IMG/VR virus record: IMGVR_UViG_3300028907_000003
Location: 1 to 64,000 of that record
Direction: 5' to 3' (one strand)
DNA length: 64,000 nt
Origin: a virus
Lineage: Duplodnaviria > Caudoviricetes
Both the position numbers and the translations under genes were made by a program. Below, piece by piece: positions 8,560-18,090 of the stretch (position 1 is the stretch's first letter; every line of letters starts with the position of its first letter). Under the pieces are notes generated by a model that saw only the letters and a program-made list of their open reading frames with translations, had not been told where the DNA came from and did not search any database.

Positions 8560-10546
8560 CTTTATCCAACCCTCTGTTTCTTGCAGCTTCTATCCAATCT
8601 AACGGCAATAACGTATGTTCACCAACTGATGGAAAATTACCTTCAATTCTTGCTTGCCAAGCCGGATGATCCAACCCCCACATCTTATACTGAGATGCTA
8701 CCCATTTAGGCTGAATTAACCATGGATACGGAGCAAGTTCATCACCCATCTTATCTTTCCACGTACCATCAATAATGTCCTGCCGAGTTATTTTAAAGCG
8801 TGTAAAATTCGGTGTCATCCAAGCACTGATATGGAAAGTCTTATATTCACCACTTGAAAATGATTTATAAAAAGTACCACCAACTGACGTTGGATTTCCA
8901 AGCATAAGCATTTTCGCGTTTTCTGAAGTTAGAACACCCGAAATAGCATCGAATATTTCTTCATTTACACCTGCAGCTTCATCCACAACAACTAAAATAT
9001 CTTTAGCGTGCCATCCCTGAAAACGATCAGGCTGATTAGTTGATATACCGGACGCATACCAACGATCTTGATCGATTTGTAATTCAGGTGATTTCGGAGC
9101 TAATGTACCACCGAGATTACCAGCCCGTCTATGATTAATACGAATTTCTTTCCAGATCAATTTTTCGACCTGTCTCCAAGTAGGAGCAGTATTCAACACT
9201 ATACTATTTTTATGTGTATATAAAAACCACATAATTACTTGAGCAGCAGTGTGCGAATTATGTTCAACGAAATTTGTAACATAAGTATGCGTATCATCTA
9301 CCGAAATGCAAACTGTCGGATGCTCTCCTATATATTCTATAGATTTTATAAATTCCCAATGATATCCTTCCGGCGCATTTATATACTGCCACATAACATC
9401 AAACTTTCTACTATTGGCCACTTCAACACATCGGTTAACCGCATCTTCTTTACCATATATTCCAACTACTTCAGCAAAACGATTAATACCAACTCGATCA
9501 AAAACAGCCCATTCCCAGGAATCAAAATATTTCCCATTGCATTTTACTCTCTTATATCGAGTTCTGCCTGATATACCCATTCGTAGCATAGCAATTTCAA
9601 CGTCTTTAATCATTTGCTCTGATGCAGAAGTTATACCTATATGCGCGTTTTTATGACTACCATCAATCCGAACAGTTGCCCAACCATCGCATGCAAAATA
9701 TCGATTTAAAAATACTGCTAATTGATCATTCGGTAATGTCCAAACAAAAGCAGGAAATTTCTTATCTTTCGATTTAACACCGAACATTTTCCATTGTTTT
9801 ACTAAATCTAAAACACGATTTTCTCCATGAAAGGTTCCCGCAACAACTAATAGCCCATAATTATCACGCATTCGATAGCCACAATTCATACTAGTAACTA
9901 TATTAACAAACTCGGTTTTTGCAATTCCAGCTGCTTGCGTAAAAGTTATCGGATTAATAGTAGTGCCGCCATCTCCAATCAAATAACCACATAGCTTTAC
10001 TTCATCTATATCTCGTGATATCATACCATTAACTTCTAATTTCGTAGGTACTAATAACAAATCGTCAATTGTTAAATCAACTACCTCTGTCCAACCAACC
10101 ACTTTAGGTTTGATACCACGATTTCTTGCAGCAATTGCTCGATATAATTTATGATTACCTGTAACTTCTAGCTGTCGATTAGATGAAGTTGTAACTCGAT
10201 ATACTGAAGCAATACCATTGTCTGTGGCGTGGGCAACTGCAAACTTCCGCTCAGTGTCAAACGTGGGTATATTAAAAGTTTTACCGATTAAATCTTTCAT
10301 TTGACAATGTGTACCATCATATAAATCTATAAATCGATAAGCATAACCACACTTCCCTATACCATTGCAAGACCTAACGGTTACTCTAGGATAATCCCGC
10401 ACGGCATTTAAAATCTGTTTCTGTTTTTCCCAAGGCTTTATATGTAAAACATTTTCCGAGAAATAAACTGGATTCTCTTTATATTGTTGTATAGCAGCCG
10501 CGTTTAAATCATCAATCTTTCGTGGCATCTCGTACCATATCCGCAA
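8546..10546 (-). CDS. terL: terminase large subunit ATPase domain with intein
   Basis: Walker A CNGIGK|S, Walker B VVVDEA, LMLGNP coupling motif; start probably ATG at 10528. Confidence 0.9.
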   Translation of the reverse strand: MRIWYEMPRKIDDLNAAAIQQYKENPVYFSENVLHIKPWEKQKQILNAVRDYPRVTVRSCNGIGKCGYAYRFIDLYDGTHCQMKDLIGKTFNIPTFDTERKFAVAHATDNGIASVYRVTTSSNRQLEVTGNHKLYRAIAARNRGIKPKVVGWTEVVDLTIDDLLLVPTKLEVNGMISRDIDEVKLCGYLIGDGGTTINPITFTQAAGIAKTEFVNIVTSMNCGYRMRDNYGLLVVAGTFHGENRVLDLVKQWKMFGVKSKDKKFPAFVWTLPNDQLAVFLNRYFACDGWATVRIDGSHKNAHIGITSASEQMIKDVEIAMLRMGISGRTRYKRVKCNGKYFDSWEWAVFDRVGINRFAEVVGIYGKEDAVNRCVEVANSRKFDVMWQYINAPEGYHWEFIKSIEYIGEHPTVCISVDDTHTYVTNFVEHNSHTAAQVIMWFLYTHKNSIVLNTAPTWRQVEKLIWKEIRINHRRAGNLGGTLAPKSPELQIDQDRWYASGISTNQPDRFQGWHAKDILVVVDEAAGVNEEIFDAISGVLTSENAKMLMLGNPTSVGGTFYKSFSSGEYKTFHISAWMTPNFTRFKITRQDIIDGTWKDKMGDELAPYPWLIQPKWVASQYKMWGLDHPAWQARIEGNFPSVGEHTLLPLDWIEAARNRGLDKDAKN
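9257..10351 (-). mobile_element. intein (365 aa) with LAGLIDADG endonuclease in TerL Walker A
   Basis: C1 start (CGYAY), TGNH block B, YLIGDG and YFACDG motifs, ends HN followed by S. Confidence 0.92.
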
Positions 10547-10940
10547 AAGTTACTGACACCTTAACCGGTTTCCCATCATCTCCGGAAACCTTAACGCTTT
10601 TCTTACCGAACCGATCAGACCTAGTACGCTCCAGGATCCAACCAACGGCCCTTACATCGCCTTCTTCGGCCTTTTCTCGTGCAATATCAACCAATGCAAC
10701 TTCAGCTTGCATTTGAGCCGTTAAAACTCGATCATATAGTTCTACGAATAAATCTAATGACTGCTTCGGAAATTCATCCGCTTCCCTACGATCAAATTCT
10801 TCTTTTCCAACTTCCATCCATTGTTTAATTCTAGCGGGTGATACTCCGGCCACTACCGCAGCCGAATCTAAATAATTACCACGCTCTACCATAGAACATA
10901 TAACATCCACAATTTTTGGAGTTAGATTTTGTTTCATCAT
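10512..10940 (-). CDS. terS: terminase small subunit
   Basis: N-terminal HTH; WILERTRSDRFGK motif; overlaps terL start. Confidence 0.7.
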   Translation of the reverse strand: MMKQNLTPKIVDVICSMVERGNYLDSAAVVAGVSPARIKQWMEVGKEEFDRREADEFPKQSLDLFVELYDRVLTAQMQAEVALVDIAREKAEEGDVRAVGWILERTRSDRFGKKSVKVSGDDGKPVKVSVTFADMVRDATKD

Positions 10941-11143
10941 CCGATTTCCACCCCATCAGGTACTTCTCCCTGAAGCACCAAACATCGTTGACAATTATTG
11001 TAAGTTCCACACTCGATTGAACATCCGTTACCAAAACGGAACTGAACAGACATACTACCAGTGGTAAGTCCGACGCATCCTTCTTTATCACCATGAGCTT
11101 CTACGAGCAACTTTACAGTTTCTAATACGTGTTCTATCTGCAT
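10937..11143 (-). CDS. hypothetical protein (Cys-containing)
   Basis: 68-aa ORF coupled to terS by an ATGA overlap. Confidence 0.45.
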   Translation of the reverse strand: MQIEHVLETVKLLVEAHGDKEGCVGLTTGSMSVQFRFGNGCSIECGTYNNCQRCLVLQGEVPDGVEIG

Positions 11144-11145
11144 AT

Positions 11146-11490
11146 TTACTTACTCCTATTCGACTCGCAGTTCCACATAAACGCACTGAGATCAAAATCC
11201 TCTCGATTAGCAAAATAATACCTATCATGATGCTGAAAGTAATTAGAAGTCATTGAATAAACATACACTCTAAAATCTTTCAGTGCTACATGATCGTGAT
11301 CCTGCAATTCGAAATGAATAACATTCTTTAATAACAGATCCTCAAGGTAATCATCTTCTACTGTAAAAAACGATTTTGTCTCAAAATATCCATAAATGCC
11401 GTCTTCATCATTTACCACATACATGTCGTATAATGTAATTAATGAATCGACGGCTGGATCCAGTAGTTTTATAAATTTAATCATTCGCAA
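11146..11490 (-). CDS. hypothetical protein
   Basis: 114-aa ORF in operon orientation. Confidence 0.5.
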   Translation of the reverse strand: MRMIKFIKLLDPAVDSLITLYDMYVVNDEDGIYGYFETKSFFTVEDDYLEDLLLKNVIHFELQDHDHVALKDFRVYVYSMTSNYFQHHDRYYFANREDFDLSAFMWNCESNRSK

Positions 11491-11636
11491 TCAATAGTAA
11501 CTAAGAAACTCGTTTTATTAATCGACTACAGTTTCGTCCCATTTAGATTGAGAACGAAACCTCCGTCGAAAAAATATGTTATCCCCAAAAGTATAATTTG
11601 ATCTGCTGATATTAAACCCATTTTAATACAGGAATA

Positions 11637-11657
11637 AAGTTTATATACTTTTCTCCC
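11637..11657 (-). promoter_or_regulatory. BRE-TATA promoter of the packaging/head operon
   Basis: Minus strand GGAGAAAAGTATATAAACTTT. Confidence 0.55.
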
Positions 11658-11696
11658 GCCATTAGAATTAGAAAATCACGTTATCACAAAAGTACA

Positions 11697-12602
11697 TCAT
11701 TTGATTATACCTAATTCATGTTCAGTCCATATTTCGTATGTCATTCCGCGCTCAGAACAATATGCTTCAGCAGCTGCTGCTTTAGCTTGAACCACTGAAT
11801 CATCGAGTTTATATTGAGGTTTAACCTCTATCATCCGAGTGTCGTCAACTATGAAATCCGGTAAATACACATGTGATGAACCGTCTACTGGATTAACATA
11901 TGTTATTCGATCTGTACTACGCTTAAATGAACTTATAGTTGAATCGGTTTCCCAAATGCTAAGAGCTTTTTCTTCATATGATGAATCATAATTAATATGT
12001 ATACACTGTTTTTTAGATGTAAATCGCCCACGTTTACCACGCATATTATGTTTTCCGCTTAACAATAGCATAATTTGTGTATTTGATGCCTTTAATCTCA
12101 TAAAACATCCACACGATTTTGTGTGACCCCTGAGCACATCACACATTAGTATCTCTTTAGTGTTTCCACAATCACACTTAAATAAACCTGTCCTATGATA
12201 TGGGTTATGTTTTCCAATATATTCAACCAATGTTAACTTATTTATTTTTTCTCCGATTTTCAGTTCATTGCATTTTCCACATGATTTTGTACGGAAATTT
12301 CTTACGTATTCTACTCTTATTTTTTTAGTATTTCCACAATCGCATTTAAACAACCCGATTCATTGCCTATGTTTGGTTGTTCCAGCATATTCAACCAATG
12401 TTAACTTATTTATTTTTTCTCCGATTTTCAGTTCATTGCATTTTCCACATGATTTTACGCGATTGATCCACACGTTGGAAATTATTATTTCTTTAGTGTT
12501 TCCGCAATCACATTTAAATAACCCAATCTTATTACGATATTTATTTTTTCCAGCATATTCAACCAATGTTAACCTATTTATTTTTTCACCAATTTGCATC
12601 AT
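11697..12602 (-). pseudogene. TnsA-like PD-(D/E)XK endonuclease with three N-terminal CDCG...KSCG zinc repeats, split by an in-frame TGA (12360-12362)
   Basis: The 80-aa and 218-aa ORFs are in frame (KHRQ*IGLFKC); C-terminal YDSSYE...YLPDF...IEVKP...YEIWTE. Confidence 0.8.
12219..12456. repeat. 70-bp perfect direct repeat (12219-12288, 12387-12456), 168-bp period
   Basis: Direct comparison; encodes KSCGKCNELKIGEKINKLTLVEY twice. Confidence 0.9.
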
Positions 12603-12624
12603 AATATCTTAATACTATGAAACT

Positions 12625-12665
12625 AATGATATTTATACTTATCTCCAAAAAGTTTAAATACTATT
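12625..12665. promoter_or_regulatory. divergent promoter region
   Basis: Plus CCAAAAAGTTTAAATA; minus GATAAGTATAAATA. Confidence 0.5.
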
Positions 12666-12697
12666 AATGTATATATACTAGTAGAGGTTTAAAAATA

Positions 12698-12883
12698 ATG
12701 GATAAATTATTAGTAATGGAAGGAAATAATACTCCGGTATTTAAAGGACGCACTATCAGTACCAATCGAGCGGGGTACTCGTATGTTTTGCTACCGCGCT
12801 CCGTTGTTAAACATTTGAACACAAACAAAGTAGATTTCGTATTACAAGATGATGGCGCTGTACTCATGAGGCCCCATCAATAA
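12698..12883 (+). CDS. AbrB/SpoVT-like transcription regulator
   Basis: RTISTNRAGYSYVLLPRSVVKHL...FVLQDDGAVLMRP swapped-hairpin pattern. Confidence 0.6.
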   Translation: MDKLLVMEGNNTPVFKGRTISTNRAGYSYVLLPRSVVKHLNTNKVDFVLQDDGAVLMRPHQ

Positions 12884-12903
12884 AAGGTGAAATCTTATTT
12901 TGG

Positions 12904-13578
12904 TTGATGACAATAGATTATGATAAATTTCCCACTAAAGGAGATGGTATTCGAGCACATACCGTTCTTTTCCAGAGAGATGCTGCTGCACAAGCGGGTT
13001 ATTGTGGCGTAGACGGAATGGCTGTAACGTGGTCTAGCGCGTCAGCAGTAGCCATAAGCAGCGGCCATTATAGAAGCGGTGTAACTACAAAAACATATAC
13101 TGGTGGAACACTTTCCGGCTTTACAGTCGCTGGATCTGGAAAACATCGATATGACTTAGTAGTTATGGATTGTGCAGATGATACCATTAAACGTATAGCA
13201 GGAACCGAAGGTACACCAGAATCATTATCCGGATTTCTAAATAATATTACTCCAGCACCACCAGAACTTACCGGCCTACAACAGTATCTTTTAGCAATTG
13301 TCTTATGCGACAGCACCGGTATTAAAGATACTACATCAGCTGAACCTGGAGCATATTGCACAAAGGGTGTTGCAAAAGTTCGCTTGATAACAAATGACAG
13401 TAATTTAGTTAGCGATTTGGATTTAAGTGGATCAACTCGCGGTACGATAATTATGAAAGGCGCTTCCGCATTCGGTGGATTAGCTCCTGGCGCGTTAGGA
13501 ACAGTTGTAATGTCCAATGGTTCCGGTTCAGATTTAACTTACAGTTCTACGCCATTGAATGGTTGGATAACGATATAA
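12904..13578 (+). CDS. virion (tail fibre N-terminal-like) protein
   Basis: V.W.....VAISSGHY...RYDLVV pattern typical of fibre attachment domains. Confidence 0.5.
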   Translation: MMTIDYDKFPTKGDGIRAHTVLFQRDAAAQAGYCGVDGMAVTWSSASAVAISSGHYRSGVTTKTYTGGTLSGFTVAGSGKHRYDLVVMDCADDTIKRIAGTEGTPESLSGFLNNITPAPPELTGLQQYLLAIVLCDSTGIKDTTSAEPGAYCTKGVAKVRLITNDSNLVSDLDLSGSTRGTIIMKGASAFGGLAPGALGTVVMSNGSGSDLTYSSTPLNGWITI

Positions 13579-13589
13579 GGTGATTTTGC

Positions 13590-14261
13590 ATGGATATTTA
13601 TATAGCAGATCACAAAATAACATCTGGCTATCCTAAACTAGAAATTATTAATAATGGTTCTGCCTTATATACACTAACCTTAATTGTTAGTGAAAGTCTA
13701 AGTTCTACCTTTATGGCGCATTTAACTCGTGGATCTTCACTTGAAATATCCACAGTTGAAAATGATATCACTACAGTTTGGACCGGAACTGTTGATGAAT
13801 GTTCATTAACAAGCGGTTTTACAATCGCTAAACTAGTCGATGTAGTTTTGACTGCACCCGCTATAAATACATCAGTTTCTAAAATGTTATCCAGATATCC
13901 GATTTTACCAACCGGAGTAGCCGAAGCCGCCGATGACACACTGGAAGAAATATTATTTGAAGTTCCAACAGGACAGTCATTCACCATTACTGATGTAGGA
14001 TTTATACCAAGTATCGCATTCGGACAAGTCACTGATTATGCCACATTAACGGTGTATAATCGCGGCGTTGATGGAACCGGAACTGATCAAATAGCGCAAT
14101 TAGCATGCAGTTCGGCGCTTGATGTGAAAACTAAAAACAGCTTTGGTACGATAACTAATGCTGAAATAGCATCAAATGAAGTAATAACCGTTGTAAAAAG
14201 CATTAGTGGCTCAGGTGAAATAATCCCCACGGGAATGTGGTATATCGAGATGGAACAATGA
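13590..14261 (+). CDS. tail/baseplate-associated protein
   Basis: 223-aa beta-rich ORF upstream of gp25-like gene. Confidence 0.45.
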   Translation: MDIYIADHKITSGYPKLEIINNGSALYTLTLIVSESLSSTFMAHLTRGSSLEISTVENDITTVWTGTVDECSLTSGFTIAKLVDVVLTAPAINTSVSKMLSRYPILPTGVAEAADDTLEEILFEVPTGQSFTITDVGFIPSIAFGQVTDYATLTVYNRGVDGTGTDQIAQLACSSALDVKTKNSFGTITNAEIASNEVITVVKSISGSGEIIPTGMWYIEMEQ

Positions 14262-14722
14262 GGTACTTATACGAGTTTGATTTCAAGTTTAACCTTGATT
14301 TGAGGTCAGGTTACGTTAGATGTCATAATAGAGGCGATCTAGTAAATACTCCCGATGGAGATATAGCATTAACTGAAAGTTATTCCGAATATCTATTACA
14401 ACGAATCATTATTTGGTTGGCTACGCCTAAAGGCGAAGTTCCAAACGATCCAGATGTAGGATGCGTATTACACGACTTCTTATTCTACAAACAAACCCCA
14501 CAGAATCTATACAGACTTGCAAAAGAATTAGAATATGATGCTAAAGTACAATTTCCGGATCTTGGAATTCTTTACATTGATGTTAAAGGGCTATCAATCA
14601 GTTCTATACAAATTGTTATTTATACACAAAACGAATTGATTTCTCTTATCTTAGAAGAAAGCGAGTATCAAGAATTATTAAATGAAGTTATCAACATGTT
14701 ATCGATTGGAGAAGAACCATGA
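14258..14722 (+). CDS. baseplate wedge protein, gp25/GpW-like
   Basis: GDIAL...LLQRIIIWLATPKGEVPNDPDVGCVL motif. Confidence 0.8.
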   Translation: MRYLYEFDFKFNLDLRSGYVRCHNRGDLVNTPDGDIALTESYSEYLLQRIIIWLATPKGEVPNDPDVGCVLHDFLFYKQTPQNLYRLAKELEYDAKVQFPDLGILYIDVKGLSISSIQIVIYTQNELISLILEESEYQELLNEVINMLSIGEEP

Positions 14723-16167
14723 GCAGCGACGATAGTATTACTGAAGATTCATTATATGACGAAATAATGACTATTCAATCTAGTTTATCTACCAGATTAT
14801 TAGCTACTGCGCCAACATCAGTCAGACGAATTATTAATCGTACTATGGCGCATGTTTTTTATGAAATGTATCAAAGCATATGGGAATTTGAAAATGAAAA
14901 CTCAATATTAACTGCTACTGGTACTAATTTAGATGCTCTGGTTTCAGATAGACTAATTGAACCGCGTCGATTGGGGGATTTTGCCACAGGAAGCTTGACA
15001 TTCCGTAGAGCATCCGGAGCAGAATCCGAAATAACTGTGCCTATCGGCACTATTTGTTACGGTATACAGAATGGAGTACGGTTAAGAGCTACTACCACAT
15101 CAGAGGGTACAATTGCCGTTGGTGGCACAAATTGCACCGTCACTGCAATAATGACATCTCGTGGAATCGTAGGAAATGTTATATCGGGGTTCATAAACAC
15201 CATCGATACACCGGTTACAGGAGTCTGGTCTGTCACAAATGCTTTACCATTTACTGGTGGAAGTGAATCTGAAACAGATGACGAATTGCGACAGAGATAC
15301 ATTGACGCAATATGGATTAATGGTCGAGCATCTCGATTGTTAGTAAAACGCCATTTAGAAGATGTTGACGATGTATATGAAGTAGCAATTGAACCATATG
15401 CCGGTGGAGATGTTGAAATCATTATTGATCTGGCCGATGGAACTACTTCTAATAATTACGATATAAACGATGCAATAGAAGATAATTTAGCCGTTGGTAT
15501 AACTGCCAGGGGTTGTTTAGCAGCAACATTAAATCCGTCTGTCTATTCAGTTTCAACTAGTGCTGGTGGATTCATATGGATTCGCCCTACAATAAACATA
15601 GTATCAGAAGAAACTTTTACGGTCACATATACATCAAATAATGGAACCGGTAGAACAGCAAACGTCACAATACCAGCTGGTACACTAGCCGGAACCGCAG
15701 TTGCCGCCACAATGCAAAGTACCGATGATCGAGCAACTGAAATAACCGCAAGCTCGTATGTTGGAGCATCACCCTATCATCTGCTAATTGGAATGGGTAC
15801 ATATCCATATCTATACAGTACACCAATATTAGTTCCAATCAATGTTAGTATTACATTGCATTTAACAACAAGCCCTGAAGATGATATCGTAACCAGCATC
15901 AAGAACTCAATTAATGAATTTTTAGACCAATTCACAATCGGAGAAGACATTCAGTGGTCCGATCTAAACAACTTCATCACACATGAATTTGATTCTCGCG
16001 GTGAAGAAGGTGAATTCCTAACAGGGAGACAGTTTATCGGAATTGATTATATTAGTTCGGTAGCAATATTTGGTAAAGGTTCATTAATAAATGGTACAGG
16101 TCAATATATAGCGATTAACTCAAATGAACGAATCGAGCCCGGATCAATCATCATAAATGAGGTATAA
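14719..16167 (+). CDS. baseplate J-like protein
   Basis: ATGTNLD, ATGSLTF, VTNALPFTGGSESETDDELRQR motifs. Confidence 0.88.
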   Translation: MSSDDSITEDSLYDEIMTIQSSLSTRLLATAPTSVRRIINRTMAHVFYEMYQSIWEFENENSILTATGTNLDALVSDRLIEPRRLGDFATGSLTFRRASGAESEITVPIGTICYGIQNGVRLRATTTSEGTIAVGGTNCTVTAIMTSRGIVGNVISGFINTIDTPVTGVWSVTNALPFTGGSESETDDELRQRYIDAIWINGRASRLLVKRHLEDVDDVYEVAIEPYAGGDVEIIIDLADGTTSNNYDINDAIEDNLAVGITARGCLAATLNPSVYSVSTSAGGFIWIRPTINIVSEETFTVTYTSNNGTGRTANVTIPAGTLAGTAVAATMQSTDDRATEITASSYVGASPYHLLIGMGTYPYLYSTPILVPINVSITLHLTTSPEDDIVTSIKNSINEFLDQFTIGEDIQWSDLNNFITHEFDSRGEEGEFLTGRQFIGIDYISSVAIFGKGSLINGTGQYIAINSNERIEPGSIIINEV

Positions 16168-16169
16168 AT

Positions 16170-16511
16170 ATGCCACGAATTAAAGATCTGATTTTACGTG
16201 GAAGTATAACATCCTCTCAAGCCGAAAGTTTATATGGTCCTAATTACGATCCAGATACAGTAGTTGAACTATCTGCTAATCTTGGATCTGCTTTAGTTAC
16301 AGTAACAGATATGACCGTCGAACAAGGCTCAACTTGGACACTTCCCGCATATCATTCAATGCAATTATACGTAGGTCCATCAAATGATCTATCAATTGAA
16401 GGAACTACAAATATACAGGGCGATGCCCTCATAACGACCAATGGAAAAGGTGTACGTGTCAGTGGAATACTGGACGTATCAGGAACATGTTTAATCAAGG
16501 AGATGGCTTAA
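16170..16511 (+). CDS. hypothetical virion protein
   Basis: 113-aa ORF following baseplate J. Confidence 0.5.
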   Translation: MPRIKDLILRGSITSSQAESLYGPNYDPDTVVELSANLGSALVTVTDMTVEQGSTWTLPAYHSMQLYVGPSNDLSIEGTTNIQGDALITTNGKGVRVSGILDVSGTCLIKEMA

Positions 16512-17093
16512 ATGTCTGAAGTTTATATGAATAACGGTGATCTAGCCGTTGATATTGCAAAAACCGACGTAGAAATCCCAATCCCATTAGCACCAGGTGT
16601 TGCTATTAATGGTACTTGGACTGCATCTAATTCTTCGAATGTACTAATTATAACAAGAACCTCTGCTACACAGACTGATTATTACAAAGTCCCGATCCCA
16701 ATCATCGGCAGAACTACCGCTTCAAAGGGTATGAAGCTCAAGTCAGTCAAGGTATCTTATAGTATGAACCAAACTGATAGCGGCGATGACCTAGAGATAC
16801 ATATTGTCAAACAAACCCTGCCCGCTAACGGATCCGCTGCAAGCGCTGCTATATTAGCTGGAGATGCTGATAGTGATTACGATGCTGATCACAATACATT
16901 AGCTGAGAGAATTTTAGATACTGCTGCGCCTCAGTTACATACAGCTGTTGTAACAATTCCAACTGGTGAACAGGCTTATCTCGCAACAGGCGAACAGCTA
17001 TATCTCGAAGTTAAATTCGCAGATCAGTCTGGTGCTGATGCAGATCTAATTCTAACTGGTGCTGTAGCAACATTCGACTCTGCACTTTATTAA
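16512..17093 (+). CDS. hypothetical virion beta-sandwich protein
   Basis: 193 aa, Ala/Thr/Asp-rich; SD and operon context. Confidence 0.5.
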   Translation: MSEVYMNNGDLAVDIAKTDVEIPIPLAPGVAINGTWTASNSSNVLIITRTSATQTDYYKVPIPIIGRTTASKGMKLKSVKVSYSMNQTDSGDDLEIHIVKQTLPANGSAASAAILAGDADSDYDADHNTLAERILDTAAPQLHTAVVTIPTGEQAYLATGEQLYLEVKFADQSGADADLILTGAVATFDSALY

Positions 17094-17095
17094 GT

Positions 17096-17116
17096 GGGGA
17101 TTACCCCCTATTTTTT
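17096..17116 (+). terminator. hairpin plus T-run
   Basis: GGGG-ATTA-CCCC followed by TATTTTTT. Confidence 0.5.
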
Positions 17117-17128
17117 GAGTGATTTTCT

Positions 17129-17509
17129 ATGACGAATTATACAGACAATCCAAGTCAATTTGGAACCCAAATACTTAAAAAACCAAAGGGGCAACCAATA
17201 GTTGCGCATAGCGCAAAAACTGCTACCGCTACATCAAATGTTATTAACTGCTCCGGATATAATAGCCTCTTAGTTCACTGGGTAAGTTCTGCAACTGATA
17301 AAACGTGGACTATACAAGTATTAGGATCTACTGCATCAAATGGTACTTTCGTAGAATGGATTACATCAGCCGGAGCAAGTAATTTATACACAACTGATAT
17401 AAGCGGATTTTTTATCGTGCAAGGAATACCTGATTATATAAAAATCGTAGCAACTGAAGTAGACGATGGGGCTACCATAACATGCACAGTGCAACCTTTT
17501 AACATGTGA
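17129..17509 (+). CDS. hypothetical virion beta-sandwich protein
   Basis: 126-aa ORF, jelly-roll-like strand pattern. Confidence 0.5.
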   Translation: MTNYTDNPSQFGTQILKKPKGQPIVAHSAKTATATSNVINCSGYNSLLVHWVSSATDKTWTIQVLGSTASNGTFVEWITSAGASNLYTTDISGFFIVQGIPDYIKIVATEVDDGATITCTVQPFNM

Positions 17510-17518
17510 GTGATATAA

Positions 17519-17728
17519 ATGTATGAGCTAATAATCTATTTTTTTATACTCTTGGCTTTTGCAGTGTTTTTGTCATATCAATTCTGGAAAATGTGTGGTC
17601 ACATGAAAGTCCTAAAAGAAGAATTGATCAAAACACAAAAAGCACTTGAGATATCAAAAAAGAAAGAAGAAACCTTACAGGATCGTTTGAGCGAAATGTT
17701 ATGCAGGAGCAAAGGATTATGCCTATAA
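17519..17728 (+). CDS. membrane protein with coiled coil (holin-like candidate)
   Basis: N-terminal TM helix then Lys/Glu coil. Confidence 0.45.
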   Translation: MYELIIYFFILLAFAVFLSYQFWKMCGHMKVLKEELIKTQKALEISKKKEETLQDRLSEMLCRSKGLCL

Positions 17729-18084
17729 CCACAGACCAAATATTGATGGGTCACTTCGTACTGGATATAATCTTTGCTGCGGCATTTTCATTGATAGCAG
17801 TTAAGTTTTATTCATTACGTGGTACAGTGCGCATTTCCATAAAGGAAATGATATCGCTAATAGTGCTTATCAGCAATTACAAGAAACTAGAAAACTCAGA
17901 AGAAAAACTAGCATTGCTATTAAAAATGGATTCTGAACAACTGCGTCAAGAAATCGAAAAGGGTAACTTAATGTGTCTGATCATGACAAAAGCCACCGGA
18001 GTATTAGAAACATTACGAAGCTCTGTGCCAGAATCACGAGAGTTTATAGACCCGATTGAACAAATGTTAGATCGAGAAAGGTGA
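17701..18084 (+). CDS. membrane protein
   Basis: One or two hydrophobic helices near the N-terminus. Confidence 0.5.
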   Translation: MQEQRIMPITTDQILMGHFVLDIIFAAAFSLIAVKFYSLRGTVRISIKEMISLIVLISNYKKLENSEEKLALLLKMDSEQLRQEIEKGNLMCLIMTKATGVLETLRSSVPESREFIDPIEQMLDRER

Positions 18085-18090
18085 TTAACT

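Noticed and set aside
11484-11621. Pyrrolysine readthrough of an in-frame TAG (11526-11528) in a small ORF that would otherwise end at the next ATGA overlap
   Set aside because: Single weak case in a short hypothetical ORF; indistinguishable from the other nonsense lesions
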